This document shows positions 43,113 to 52,978 of a stretch of 64,000 bases of DNA, one piece after another (positions within the stretch are counted from its first letter, which is position 1; every line of letters begins with the position of its first letter). The notes below the pieces were generated by a model. It searched no databases. It saw nothing but the letters and a program-made list of their open reading frames with translations, and was not told the origin of the DNA. The DNA is from Myxococcales bacterium (GTDB lineage: Bacteria; Myxococcota_A; UBA9042; JABWCM01; BTVJ01), in NCBI GenBank assembly GCA_045863395.1, contig BTVJ01000002.1:64001-128000 (forward strand). The letters run 5' to 3'. The position numbers and the translations under genes are program-made.

Positions 43113-44756
43113 TCAGCGGCTCCGCACCACGACGCCGACGGCGGTCTCCGCAAGGTGCAGGTCGGGGTTGAGGCGCACGGCGGCGTTGAGGGCCCACTCC
43201 CCCTCGAAGAGGATGACAGGGCGTCCCCGCACGTCCTCCACGACCGTGCCGTATTGGACCTTGTTGAGCGAGACGATCTCGACGGGCTCTCCATCCTTGC
43301 GGCTGACCCAGCGGGCGACTCGCCCTCCCAGGGGCTCCATGCGGGCCGCTGCGCCATATTCATCTTCCAGGCGGTACTTGACGACCTCGATCTGGAGCGG
43401 CCCGACCGCCCCGAGGATCACGTCCCCGGCCCGCCCCGCCGGCGGCCTGTAGAGCTGGATGGTGCCCTCCCGCGCGAGCTGCTCCAGCCCGGTGGAGAGC
43501 TGCTTCCGCTTCAGCGGGTCGCTGCTGACGAGGCGCGTGAAGTGCTCCGGGGCGAAGCTCGGGATCCCCTCGTACTGGAGCGTCGATCCGCCGGTGATCG
43601 TGTCGCCGATCTCGAAGAGCCCCGGGTCGAAGACCCCGATGACGTCACCCGCGAAGGCCTCGTCCACGGTGCTCCGCTCCGCCGCCAGGAAGGTCGTGGG
43701 GTTGGCGAGGCGCAGCTCCTTGCCGCTCCGCACGTGAAAGACCTTCATGCCCTTGGTGTAGACCCCGGAGCAGATGCGCACGAAGGCGACCCGGTCCCGG
43801 TGGGCGCGGTTCATGTTTGCCTGGATCTTGAACACGAACGAGGTGAGCTCCTCCTGGTCCGCCGGCACGTACCCCACGTCTGCGTCGCGGCCGGGCGGCG
43901 GCGGCATCAGGTCCCCGAAGGACGCGAGGAAGGCCTCCAGGCCGAAGTTGTTGATGGCGCTCCCGAAGAACAGCGGCGACAGCTCCCCACGCAGGAAGCG
44001 CTCCGCGTCGAATCCGTCTCCGGCTGCGTCCAGCAGCTCCAGCTCCTCGTGCAGCCGCGCGACGCCGGCCTCTCCGAGCTCCGCGAGCAGCGTCGGGTCG
44101 TCGAGGCCGCTCACCGAGACGGGCTCTGCCTCCACGGCGCCCGCCTGAGCGCTGGACTTCGCAAGCGTCTCGTCGAACAGGTAGACCTGCTTCGCAAGGC
44201 GGTGGTAGACGCCGCGGAAGGTCCCGCCCCGAAAGATCGGCCACGTGATGGGGTAGACCCCGATCTCCAGGACGCTCTCCACCTCGCCCACGAGGTCGAA
44301 CGGGTCGCGGCCCGGGCGGTCCATCTTGTTGACGAACGTGAAGATGGGGATCGACCGCTGCTTGCACACCCGGAACAGCTTGCGGGTCTGCGACTCGACG
44401 CCCTTTGCGGAGTCGAGGAGCATCACCGCGCCGTCCACGGCGTGCAGCGTGCGGTAGGTGTCCTCGCTGAAGTCCGCGTGGCCCGGCGTGTCCAGCAGGT
44501 TCATCTGGAGCCCCTTGTAGGGGAACTGCAGCACGCTGGTCGTGATGGAGATGCCGCGCTCGCGCTCCATCTCCATCCAGTCGCTGACCGCGCTTGCGCG
44601 CCCCCTCTTGGCCTTCACCGCGCCGGCGAGCTGGATCACGCCCCCGTAGAGCAGCAGCTTCTCCGTCAGCGTGGTCTTGCCCGCGTCCGGGTGGGAGATG
44701 ATGGCGAAGGTGCGGCGCCTCCCGATCTCGCGGAGGAGCCTGGGTCTGTCGATCAT
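43113..44756 (-). CDS. prfC: Peptide chain release factor 3
   Basis: RRTFAIISHPDAGKTTLTEKLL, SDWM..ERERGIS, DTPGH.DFSEDTYR and FKIQANM..HRDR. Confidence 0.97.
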   Translation of the reverse strand: MIDRPRLLREIGRRRTFAIISHPDAGKTTLTEKLLLYGGVIQLAGAVKAKRGRASAVSDWMEMERERGISITTSVLQFPYKGLQMNLLDTPGHADFSEDTYRTLHAVDGAVMLLDSAKGVESQTRKLFRVCKQRSIPIFTFVNKMDRPGRDPFDLVGEVESVLEIGVYPITWPIFRGGTFRGVYHRLAKQVYLFDETLAKSSAQAGAVEAEPVSVSGLDDPTLLAELGEAGVARLHEELELLDAAGDGFDAERFLRGELSPLFFGSAINNFGLEAFLASFGDLMPPPPGRDADVGYVPADQEELTSFVFKIQANMNRAHRDRVAFVRICSGVYTKGMKVFHVRSGKELRLANPTTFLAAERSTVDEAFAGDVIGVFDPGLFEIGDTITGGSTLQYEGIPSFAPEHFTRLVSSDPLKRKQLSTGLEQLAREGTIQLYRPPAGRAGDVILGAVGPLQIEVVKYRLEDEYGAAARMEPLGGRVARWVSRKDGEPVEIVSLNKVQYGTVVEDVRGRPVILFEGEWALNAAVRLNPDLHLAETAVGVVVRSR

Positions 44757-44824
44757 GGCACAGCTCCCGGGGCGCGCTGCCCCGCAAAGGGTGGTCAGTT
44801 CGAGGCAGGAGTGTCCGCCCGGCG

Positions 44825-45943
44825 TCAGGCCTCGGCGAGGCGCTTCATGTCGCTCACGACGTCAGCGACGGCGGCGAGCAGCGCCCGCATGTCGGAGGGG
44901 AACAGTCGCCCGATGTTTCCGATGCGGAAGGCGTCGGCCTGGCTCAGCTTCCCCGGGTAGATCACGAACCCCCGCTCGTTGAGCCGGTCGTAGAAGGCCG
45001 GGAAGTCGAACCACCCGCCCGGATACCGGAACGACGTGATGATCGGCGCCATGAGCTCGGGCCGCAGGGTCGGCTCGAAGCCGAGCGCCACCATGCCCTC
45101 AAGGATCACGGCGTGGTTGGCTGCGTAGCGCGCGTGGCGCCCCTCGACGCCGCCCTCGTCCCGCAGCTCCCGCAGCGCCTGGTGGAAGGCGATCAGCGTG
45201 TGGGTGGGCGGCGTGAAGCGGAACTGGCCGTTGCCTTCGAGCCCCCGCCACTGGTCGAGCAGGTCCAGCGACAGGGTGCGCCCCGCCGTCGCCGCGAGGA
45301 GCGCCTCCCTCCGCGCGATGACGAAAGAGAAGCCAGGGACGCCCTCGATGCACTTGTTGGCCGAGGAGACGAGGAAGTCGATGCCCAGCGACCCCACATC
45401 GATCGGGATGGCCCCGAACGCGCTCATGGAGTCCACGATGGTCGCGCGCCCCCGCTCCCGTGCGACGCGGCACACGCCGGCCACCGGGTTGAGGATGCCC
45501 GTGGTCGTCTCGCAGTGCACGACCGCGACGTGGGTGAGGCCCGGGTCCGCGTCGAGCGCCGTAGCGACGTCGGCCACATCCGGCGCCTGATCCTCCGCGG
45601 ACTCGACCGTGGTCACCCCGATGCCGTGGATCCGCGCCATCTGCGCGATGCGGCGCCCGTAGGCCCCGTTGACGAGCACGAGCAGGCGCCCCCCGCGAGG
45701 CACCGCCGACGAGATCACCGACTCCACCCCGAAGGTGCCGCTGCCCTGCATCAGGACCGTCTCGTAGCCGGCCTCCTGCGACACGCCCCCGAGGCGCAGC
45801 AGCTCGGCGCGGATCTCCCGCACCATGGCGACCAGCTCGTGGTCGCGGGAGCCCAGGTCCCGCAGCATGGCCTGCTTGACCGTGCGGCTCGTGGTGAGCG
45901 GCCCTGGGGTGAACAGCGGCTTGTCGTTGGCGGTGGGGATCAT
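44825..45943 (-). CDS. phnW: 2-aminoethylphosphonate--pyruvate transaminase
   Basis: LFTPGPLTTS..VK.AML.D.GS, MQGSGTF, NGAYG.R, HCETTTG, DSMSAFG, SANKCIEGVPG and RFTPPTH. Confidence 0.95.
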   Translation of the reverse strand: MIPTANDKPLFTPGPLTTSRTVKQAMLRDLGSRDHELVAMVREIRAELLRLGGVSQEAGYETVLMQGSGTFGVESVISSAVPRGGRLLVLVNGAYGRRIAQMARIHGIGVTTVESAEDQAPDVADVATALDADPGLTHVAVVHCETTTGILNPVAGVCRVARERGRATIVDSMSAFGAIPIDVGSLGIDFLVSSANKCIEGVPGFSFVIARREALLAATAGRTLSLDLLDQWRGLEGNGQFRFTPPTHTLIAFHQALRELRDEGGVEGRHARYAANHAVILEGMVALGFEPTLRPELMAPIITSFRYPGGWFDFPAFYDRLNERGFVIYPGKLSQADAFRIGNIGRLFPSDMRALLAAVADVVSDMKRLAEA

Positions 45944-45964
45944 GAGACTCTTGCCTCTGGGTTC

Positions 45965-46789
45965 CTAAGGGCGCTCCCCGCGGCTCAGGCGCCCCTCGAT
46001 GGTGCCGACGGCGTCCGCGAGGTCCGCCGCGGTGTCGATGACCAGGTGCGCGCCGGCGCGCGCCAGCTCCTGGTACGCGATTCGCACGCGCTCCGCAAGC
46101 TCGTCGTGCCCGAGGGCGGCCATCTCCGCCAGCGACAGCCCCACGCTGCTGCTGGTGCGGGCGACGCCGACGGCCCAGCAGCCGGCGTTGAGCCCCTCCT
46201 CGATGCCGACCGGCGTGTCGTCCACCTTGACGATGGACGCCATGGGCCACACGTCCAGTTGCCGCGCGTTCTCGTGGATCATCCACGGCGCGGGCCGCCC
46301 AGCGGGCACGTGGTCCACCGTCACGACCGCATCCGGCGCGTAGCCTGCCGCCCGGGCCGCGGGCACCACGCGCGCCATGATCGCGTCCCCGTACCCGGTG
46401 CATGACCCGATGCGCACCCCGCGCCCCCGCAGCGCGGCGACGGCCTCGATGACGCCGGGGATCGGCTCGGCGAACCCTGGAACCGCCGCGACGGCCTCCG
46501 GATCGAAGGCGGCGTAGAGCAGCTCCACGTCCTCGTCGGTGGCCGGGCGCCCGTGGGTCTCGCGCCAGGCGGACGCCACGCGGGGCATGGACAGCATCGC
46601 CCGGATGTGGTCCCGCTTGCCGAGGCCCATGGGGGCCCGCGCCTCCTGGATCGTGACGCGCACGCCGCAGCGGCGGAAGGCTCCGACGAACGTGCCCGCC
46701 GCGGCCCGGCTCCCGCAGTCGACCGCCGTGCCTGCCCAGTCCAGGATCACCGCCCGCACCCGCCCACGCGCCCGCCGCCCGTTGTTCAT
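45965..46789 (-). CDS. phnX: Phosphonoacetaldehyde hydrolase
   Basis: DWAGT.VD.GS, AR.PMG..KRDH (Schiff-base Lys), GRPAPWM and VKVDDT..GI.EG.NAG. Confidence 0.93.
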   Translation of the reverse strand: MNNGRRARGRVRAVILDWAGTAVDCGSRAAAGTFVGAFRRCGVRVTIQEARAPMGLGKRDHIRAMLSMPRVASAWRETHGRPATDEDVELLYAAFDPEAVAAVPGFAEPIPGVIEAVAALRGRGVRIGSCTGYGDAIMARVVPAARAAGYAPDAVVTVDHVPAGRPAPWMIHENARQLDVWPMASIVKVDDTPVGIEEGLNAGCWAVGVARTSSSVGLSLAEMAALGHDELAERVRIAYQELARAGAHLVIDTAADLADAVGTIEGRLSRGERP

Positions 46790-46850
46790 TGCTCTCCTCG
46801 CTCTCCCCTCTACGAGCATAGACAGGGCAGGAGCCGGCGGGAGGCTGCAA

Positions 46851-48497
46851 CTACTCCGGGTAGGTCAGGGTCTCCGTGTGCGCGATGGCCCCGGTTGCGT
46901 CCACGAACTCGACGGTCAGCGTCGGCACGGCGGGGAAGGGGTCGAGGTGGAGCCGCACGGTGTTGTTGACCCCGTCCAGCCACAGGAACTGGTCCTTGTA
47001 GAGCCCCTGGCCGATGACCAGCCACATGGGGTTCTGGAGCTTGGCCCCGGGCCCCGCGAGGATCTCCCACACGGACCCATACTTCGTGCCCGGCGGCTCG
47101 ATGCCGTTGACGGACGCGAAGTGGAAGTCGCCCGCAATCCACACGAGCCCGGGCACGTGGCCGATGGCGTCCAGCACGGCGTCCCGCTGGGCGTCGTAGC
47201 CCTCCCACCGGTCGTCGTTCCCGAGGTAGATGGGCGGCATGTTGGTGATGGGCACCGAGTTGGCGACCACCTTGAACACCGCGTCCGACGTCTGCACCCC
47301 CTCGATGAGCCACGCGAGCTGCTCCGGCGAGATGTACTGCGCGGCAGCGGTGTCCTTGGTGGAGGGCAGGCGCTCCGAGCGGCAGTCGAGCACGAACAGC
47401 TCCAGGGTCGCCCCCCACCGGAGGCTCCGCCAGATGCGCCCGGGGGCCTCCTCCGGGTGGCGCATCGGGGCGTGCTCGAAGAAGGCCTGGGTGGCAGCGG
47501 CCAGGTGGGCCGGGTCCACCGTCTCAGGGTCCCAGTTGTTGAACACCTCGTGGTCGTCCCAGGTGTAGACGTGGCTCGTCGCCCCGTGGAGCGCGCGGTA
47601 GGCTGACGTCACGTAGCTCTCCGTCCAGAAGTCGCGGTACTCCTCCAGGGTCCGGGCGCCGTCGGCGTAGACCGTGTCGCCGAGCCACACGAACAGGTCC
47701 AGTGGGTGGTCGGCGGCGGCGGCGATGGCGCCGAGGGGGGCCTGCGACACGTCGACGCAGGACGTGGCGCCGATGGTGACCTCCACCAGCTCGTCGGGCG
47801 CCGGCGCAGTGCCGAAGCGACCCACCGGGGAGCGGCGCGCGTCCGGGGACGTGGCGTCATGATCGTTGGTGAACAGATAGCGCACCGGCGTGCCCGCGGG
47901 GAGGCCCGCCACCTCCACGACGGCGAACCCATCCACCTTCTGCGCCACGCCGCTCGCGAGCACCTCACCGGGCTCGTCGTCAGCCCCATCCGTGAGCACC
48001 AGCCATCGGAGAGGCCCCCAGCCGTCGTGGCGGGTCCAGATCAGCGCGCCGTCCGAGGCCGGGTCGGCAGCCTGCACGCCCAGCGGGAAGTCGGCCTGGG
48101 CGAGCGGGATCAGGGCCGGGGTGACCGTCACCTTCACGTCCGAGGAGGTGTCGCCGTCGTTGGAGTCGGCGCCTCCGTCAGCGGGGGCGACGTCCACCGA
48201 GGCTGTCGTGTCCTCGGCGTCCACGGTCGCGCCGTCGAACGGAGCGTCAGCCTCGTGGGTGTCCGGGGTGTTCGCGCTGTCAGCCTCCCCGTCCGCCGCG
48301 CCTGCTCCGTCTCCGTCGGCCGTCTCCGCGTCGTCCGCGCCGACGGTCGGCCCCCCGTCGACCAGGGGAACCTCCCCGTCCCCCGCCCCGTCGGCGATGG
48401 CACCAACGTCAATCCCCGCGTCCGCCGGAACCTGGTCATCCTCGGAGCAGGCCGCCAGCGTCAGGATGACGAGAGCGGCGATGGTGCGGTGCGTCAT
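46851..48497 (-). CDS. phoD: PhoD-family alkaline phosphatase/phosphodiesterase, predicted lipoprotein
   Basis: Lipobox TLAAC; acidic linker; FPLGV, WTR, GDTVYAD, WDDHE, LDCRSER, DRWEGY and AGDFH. Confidence 0.88.
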   Translation of the reverse strand: MTHRTIAALVILTLAACSEDDQVPADAGIDVGAIADGAGDGEVPLVDGGPTVGADDAETADGDGAGAADGEADSANTPDTHEADAPFDGATVDAEDTTASVDVAPADGGADSNDGDTSSDVKVTVTPALIPLAQADFPLGVQAADPASDGALIWTRHDGWGPLRWLVLTDGADDEPGEVLASGVAQKVDGFAVVEVAGLPAGTPVRYLFTNDHDATSPDARRSPVGRFGTAPAPDELVEVTIGATSCVDVSQAPLGAIAAAADHPLDLFVWLGDTVYADGARTLEEYRDFWTESYVTSAYRALHGATSHVYTWDDHEVFNNWDPETVDPAHLAAATQAFFEHAPMRHPEEAPGRIWRSLRWGATLELFVLDCRSERLPSTKDTAAAQYISPEQLAWLIEGVQTSDAVFKVVANSVPITNMPPIYLGNDDRWEGYDAQRDAVLDAIGHVPGLVWIAGDFHFASVNGIEPPGTKYGSVWEILAGPGAKLQNPMWLVIGQGLYKDQFLWLDGVNNTVRLHLDPFPAVPTLTVEFVDATGAIAHTETLTYPE

Positions 48498-48542
48498 GGC
48501 GGGACCTCCGTGGCACACCGATGCCACAGGGGGTCCGACGGA

Positions 48543-48938
48543 TCAAGCGCTCTGGGCCTGCCGGTGGTGGCAGAGGGCGGATCCCACGTAGCCGCGCAGG
48601 TCGTCCGAGGTGAAGGGCTTGTCGATGAGCCGACCCTGGCGCCCGGAGAGAAACGTTCGCGCTCGTGCGGTGAAGGCTCCGCCGGTCAGGAAGACCACGC
48701 GGTCCACCATGGCCGGCCACTCGGCCTCGATGGCCTCGAAGAGGTCCATGCCCGTCATGCCCGGCATCATCAGATCACAGAGGATGAGGTCGAAGGACTG
48801 GCCCGTGCGCAGGACCGAGAGGGCCTCCCCTCCGCTGCTGCTCACGGTCACGTCGTGGTCTCCGCTCAGGGACCGAGCCACGACCCGCCCGATGAACGGC
48901 TCGTCGTCGATGACCAGGATTCGTGCTCTCTCACCCAT
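48543..48938 (-). CDS. Single-domain response regulator
   Basis: ILVIDDE, CDLMMP.M.G, FLTGG and KPF. Confidence 0.9.
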   Translation of the reverse strand: MGERARILVIDDEPFIGRVVARSLSGDHDVTVSSSGGEALSVLRTGQSFDLILCDLMMPGMTGMDLFEAIEAEWPAMVDRVVFLTGGAFTARARTFLSGRQGRLIDKPFTSDDLRGYVGSALCHHRQAQSA

Positions 48939-49130
48939 GGCGTGGCCTCCGTCGTTGCGTCAAGCGAATCGGCCGCTCGCTCGTAGACCTTTACCGGGAC
49001 TTCGCGTCGGTTGCGCTTCGCGTCCCGGTGACCGTGCTGCCTGTGAAGGGGCGTGAGGTCCTCCGACCGCGCTCCGGGCCAAGCTCCCGGAGCTCGCCCG
49101 CCGTCGCCGCGTCGATCCCTGTTGCGAAAG

Positions 49131-49146
49131 TGGAACATCTGTGCCA
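49131..49146. promoter_or_regulatory. Palindromic operator TGGAACA-TC-TGTGCCA, candidate TetR site
   Basis: 6 of 7 arm positions are symmetric; lies just downstream of a TTGCGA -35-like hexamer and about 30 bp before the operon start. Confidence 0.5.
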
Positions 49147-49174
49147 GAAATGGGCCCTCACAGGAGGGCGAGAC

Positions 49175-50395
49175 ATGACGACCGTAGTGGTGTTGGGCGG
49201 GGCGGGGGGCATCGGCAGCGTGGCCGTGCGCGCATTGACCACGGCCAAGGTGTTCGACGACATCGTGGTGGCGGACGCGCGCCTCGAGGCTGCCGCCGCG
49301 GTGGTGGCGGCGGTCGGTGACCCGAGGCTGCGGGCGCGCGCCTTCGACGCGGCGGACGCGCGGAGCCTCCGGGTGGCCATCGATCGCGCCGACGTGGTGC
49401 TCAACTGCGTGGGGCCCTTCTACCGCTTCGGGCCGCCCATCCTGCAGGCGGCCATCGAGGCGGGGACTCACTATGTAGATGTGTGCGACGACCTCGCCCC
49501 GACGCGGGTCATGCTGGCCATGGACGAGCAGGCGCGGGCCCGGGGCGTCAAGGCGCTGCTCGGCATGGGCAACTCGCCGGGGCTGGCCAACGTCTTCGTG
49601 CGCCTGTGCGCGGACACGCTGCTCGACGCGGTGGACCAGGTGGACATCATGCACATCCACGGCGGCGAGCCCACGGAGGGGCCCGCCGTGGTCAAGCACC
49701 GCATCCTCGCGATGACCGACCCGGTGCCGCTCTTCGTGGATGGGCAGTTCATCCAGGTGCAGCAGCTCGGGCGGGACGGCGAGCAGCAGACCATCGACAC
49801 GGACTTCCACCGGGTCGGGACCTACCCCGTCTTCCCGTACCCGCACCCGGAGACCATCACGCTGCCCATGCACATCCCGGGGCTCCGGGGCGCGACCAAC
49901 CGGGGCGTGATCTTCCCCCTGTCGTACTTCAAGCTGACCCAGGACATGGTGCGGGTGGGGCTCACGGGGACCGAGCCCCTGGACGTGGACGGTCACGACG
50001 TGGTCCCGCTGGACGTCGCGGTCGCCCACATCCTGTCACAGAGGCCGCGCCTGCTCGCCGAGGCCGGCGTGACCGGGCCCGCCGGGTGCCTCAAGGTGGT
50101 GGTCAACGGGAGCCGCCACGGCGAGCCCCGGTCCCTCATCTTCCAGCTCTCGTCGACCACCGTCGGGGCAGGGGAGGGGACCGGCATCCCCGCGGCGGCC
50201 GGGGCGGTGCTGATGGCGCGTGGCGGCGTCAAGCAGGCGGGCGTGCTGCCCCCGGAGGCCGCGGTCGCCCCGCTCGAGCTGCTGATGGAGGCCTTCCGCA
50301 TGGTCAAGGCCATGGGCAAGGGCGGAGAGGACTCCATTCGCATCCAGCAGGTGGACGCCGCGGGGCGCGTCACCGACGTGCCGCTTCCCTTCTGA
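49175..50395 (+). CDS. Saccharopine dehydrogenase-family NAD(P)-dependent oxidoreductase
   Basis: VLGGAGGIG, NCVGPFYRFG, YVDVCDD, GMGNSPGLAN, HPE.ITLP, TGIPAA and GVLPPE; AGGAGG RBS. Confidence 0.88.
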   Translation: MTTVVVLGGAGGIGSVAVRALTTAKVFDDIVVADARLEAAAAVVAAVGDPRLRARAFDAADARSLRVAIDRADVVLNCVGPFYRFGPPILQAAIEAGTHYVDVCDDLAPTRVMLAMDEQARARGVKALLGMGNSPGLANVFVRLCADTLLDAVDQVDIMHIHGGEPTEGPAVVKHRILAMTDPVPLFVDGQFIQVQQLGRDGEQQTIDTDFHRVGTYPVFPYPHPETITLPMHIPGLRGATNRGVIFPLSYFKLTQDMVRVGLTGTEPLDVDGHDVVPLDVAVAHILSQRPRLLAEAGVTGPAGCLKVVVNGSRHGEPRSLIFQLSSTTVGAGEGTGIPAAAGAVLMARGGVKQAGVLPPEAAVAPLELLMEAFRMVKAMGKGGEDSIRIQQVDAAGRVTDVPLPF

Positions 50396-51855
50396 TGCGC
50401 CTGTTCGTCGGGCACGACCTGGGGACGAGCGGCAACAAGGCCGCCCTCGTCGATGAGTCCGGCCGGGTGCTTCGGACCCACGTCAGCTCCTTCTCTCTTC
50501 AGCACCCCGGGCCCGGGCAGGCGGAGCAGGACCCCGCCGACTGGTGGGCCGCGGTCTGCGAGGGGACGCGAGCCGTCGCCGCGGGCCACGAGGACCAGGT
50601 CGCTGCCATCACCTTCGCCGGGCAGATGCTTGCCCTGGTCGCCATGGACGGGCAGGGGGCTGCCGTCCGCCCGGCCCTGAGCTGGCTCGACCACCGGGCC
50701 GACGAGGAGGCCCGAGGGCTGACCCGACGCCTCGGGGGGGCGACGGTGGTGCGGGCCATCGCGGGCGCGACCCCGACGGGCAAGGACATCGTCGCCAAGG
50801 TGGCGTGGCTCGCACGCCACGAGCCGGAGAGCCACCAGGCAGCGGCCTTCTACGGCGACGCCACCTCGTATCTCGTCGCCTGCGCCACAGGGAGGGTCGC
50901 CCTGGACCCGACGGCCGCCGGAGGAACAGGGATGTTCCACCCCGCGAAGCGGCGCTGGTCTCCGACCCTGGCGCGCCTCGCCGGCTTCCCACTGGACCGC
51001 ATGCCGCCGGTCGTCCCTTCGACGGAGATCGCAGGGAGGCTCCACCACGCCGCGGCGGAGTCTCTGGGCCTGCGGGAGGGCACCCCCGTCGCCATGGGCA
51101 TGGCGGACATCCCGGCGGCGGCCGTCGGCAGCGGGGCCCTGCTGTGCGGCGAGGGGCACGTGTACCTGGGCACCTCCTCGTGGGTGGCCGTGACGCTGGC
51201 CGAGCCCCGTCACCTGCCGAGGGCGGGGATCATGTCCGTGCCCTCGGCGCACCCGTCACGCAGCCTGATGATCGCCGAGTCGGAGACCGCGGGCGTCTGC
51301 CGCGACTGGGTGGGCGGGCAGCTCCAGATCCGGGACCTGGACCACCTGGCCGCGCAGGCTCCCGCGGGGTGCGACGGCCTCCTGTTCTGCCCGTGGATGT
51401 TCGGCGAGCGCGCGCCGCGACCCGACACGGAGCTGCGGGGCGCCTTCGTCGGGCTGACCCTGCACCACACGAGGGCGCACCTGGCCCGCGCGGTCCTGGA
51501 GGGGGTCGCCCTCAACCTGCGCTGGATCCTGGAGGAGATCGATCGGACCGGGCTGCGGCAGCCGGGCCTCCGCGTCATAGGCGGAGGCGCACGGAGCGAC
51601 CTCTGGCTCCGCATCCTGGCCGACGTGCTCGGGGAGCCGGTGACGCGCATCGCCGAGCCGCGCTTTGCTGGAGCCTTCGGGGCGGCGGTGGTCGGCGCCG
51701 TGGCAATGGGCGCGCTCCCCGACCTTGATTCGGTTCGTGACCGCGTCCGTGTCGATCGGGTCTTCAGCCCGGAGGCCCCCGGGCGCTATGATGCCGCCGC
51801 GCGACGGCTGCGGGCTCTGGCTCCCATGCTGTCGCGGGCTGCGCGGCTGCGGTGA
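50395..51855 (+). CDS. FGGY-family carbohydrate kinase (xylulokinase-like)
   Basis: TGATG coupling; GHDLGTSGNKA, AEQDP.DWW, WLDHRA, GTSSW, GERAP, RAVLEGV and GGGARS. Confidence 0.9.
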   Translation: MRLFVGHDLGTSGNKAALVDESGRVLRTHVSSFSLQHPGPGQAEQDPADWWAAVCEGTRAVAAGHEDQVAAITFAGQMLALVAMDGQGAAVRPALSWLDHRADEEARGLTRRLGGATVVRAIAGATPTGKDIVAKVAWLARHEPESHQAAAFYGDATSYLVACATGRVALDPTAAGGTGMFHPAKRRWSPTLARLAGFPLDRMPPVVPSTEIAGRLHHAAAESLGLREGTPVAMGMADIPAAAVGSGALLCGEGHVYLGTSSWVAVTLAEPRHLPRAGIMSVPSAHPSRSLMIAESETAGVCRDWVGGQLQIRDLDHLAAQAPAGCDGLLFCPWMFGERAPRPDTELRGAFVGLTLHHTRAHLARAVLEGVALNLRWILEEIDRTGLRQPGLRVIGGGARSDLWLRILADVLGEPVTRIAEPRFAGAFGAAVVGAVAMGALPDLDSVRDRVRVDRVFSPEAPGRYDAAARRLRALAPMLSRAARLR

Positions 51856-51876
51856 ACCCGCGGGAGCTCCGAGGAC

Positions 51877-52500
51877 ATGACGAAGCGGCGAGCGCGGGGC
51901 GAGCTGACCCGGGTGCAGGTGCTGGAGGCGACGCTGCGGCTCCTGGCGCGGGAGGGGCCCCGTGGCGTGACCCACCGGGCGGTGGCCGCCGAGGGGGGGA
52001 CGTCGGTCCGGGCGACCACCTACTACTTCGCGTCGCGCGAGCAGCTCCTCGGCGAGGCGCTGGTCCACTACGCAGACACGGCCATCGGGCGGATCGACGC
52101 GCTGACGGCGACCCTGGGCGCGCTGCCGAAGGAGCGGGCGGCGCTGCGGGAGAAGATCGCCGATCTGCTGGCCCTGTCGGTCCTCAGCAACCTGGGGGAC
52201 CGCACCGGCCTCATCGCCGAGTACGAGCTGATCCTGGAGACCGCCCGGAACCCGACGCTGGAGGACACGTACCGCCGCTGGCAGGAGCGGCTGGAGTGCC
52301 TGATCCGCCACTTCGCGCTGGAGCTGGGCTCCGACGCCCCCGAGGAGGACACGCGCATCGTCCTCGCCGTCCTCCGCGGCGTGGAGATGGAGGCCCTGTC
52401 CCGCCCGTCGCGGGAGGCTGGCTTCGCGGAGCTCCGGCAGACGATGGGGCACCTGCTCGCTGGGCTCGAGGCGGGGATGCTCGCCCGGCGGGCCGGGTGA
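51877..52500 (+). CDS. TetR-family transcriptional regulator
   Basis: VTHRAVAAEGG.S..ATTYYFASREQL helix-turn-helix. Confidence 0.92.
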   Translation: MTKRRARGELTRVQVLEATLRLLAREGPRGVTHRAVAAEGGTSVRATTYYFASREQLLGEALVHYADTAIGRIDALTATLGALPKERAALREKIADLLALSVLSNLGDRTGLIAEYELILETARNPTLEDTYRRWQERLECLIRHFALELGSDAPEEDTRIVLAVLRGVEMEALSRPSREAGFAELRQTMGHLLAGLEAGMLARRAG

Positions 52501-52542
52501 CCGAGGGCTCCCGAGGGGGACCCGAATCTCGGACTCCCGTGG

Positions 52543-52572
52543 TTGACGCGGCGTGGGCCGGCGAGGCAAACT
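52543..52572 (+). promoter_or_regulatory. Candidate sigma70 promoter of the nuo operon (TTGACG-18-CAAACT)
   Basis: Upstream of the AAAGGAGGA RBS and TTG start. Confidence 0.4.
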
Positions 52573-52615
52573 CCGCCCCGCTCCGGGGCTGGTAGCCCCG
52601 CAAAGGAGGACCGGA

Positions 52616-52978
52616 TTGGACAGCATTGCCGAGTACGAGGTGGTTGTGGCGCTGGCCGCCGTGGGCTTCCTCGTCGGCATGGTCCCGCTGATCGTCCCCC
52701 GGCTCATCGCTCCCCGGGTCGTCGGCGAGAAGACCGCCGAGACCTACGAGTGCGGCGTCGACACGGTCGGCTCCGCGTGGGTCCGGTTCAGCGTCTCGTT
52801 CTATCTCTTCGCGCTGATCTTCGTCGCCTTCGAGGTGGACATCCTGTACCTCTTCCCGGTCGCGCTGGTCTACGGCAGCTTCCCGTGGCGGGACCTCATC
52901 GAGATCAGCATGTTCCTGATGATCCTGGGCCTCGCCATCGTGTACGCGTGGCGCCGCGGGGTGTTCCAATGGCGGTAG
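52616..52978 (+). CDS. nuoA: Complex I subunit A
   Basis: TTG start after [28 protein letters not shown] and YAWRRG..W. Confidence 0.93.
   Translation: MDSIAEYEVVVALAAVGFLVGMVPLIVPRLIAPRVVGEKTAETYECGVDTVGSAWVRFSVSFYLFALIFVAFEVDILYLFPVALVYGSFPWRDLIEISMFLMILGLAIVYAWRRGVFQWR

Noticed and set aside
49131..49146. Sigma54 promoter
   Set aside because: The GG-N10-GC rule fails on both strands; the dyad fits an operator better.
49483..50394. Extended 790-aa FGGY ORF
   Set aside because: The upstream part overlaps the dehydrogenase in another frame; the real start is 50395.
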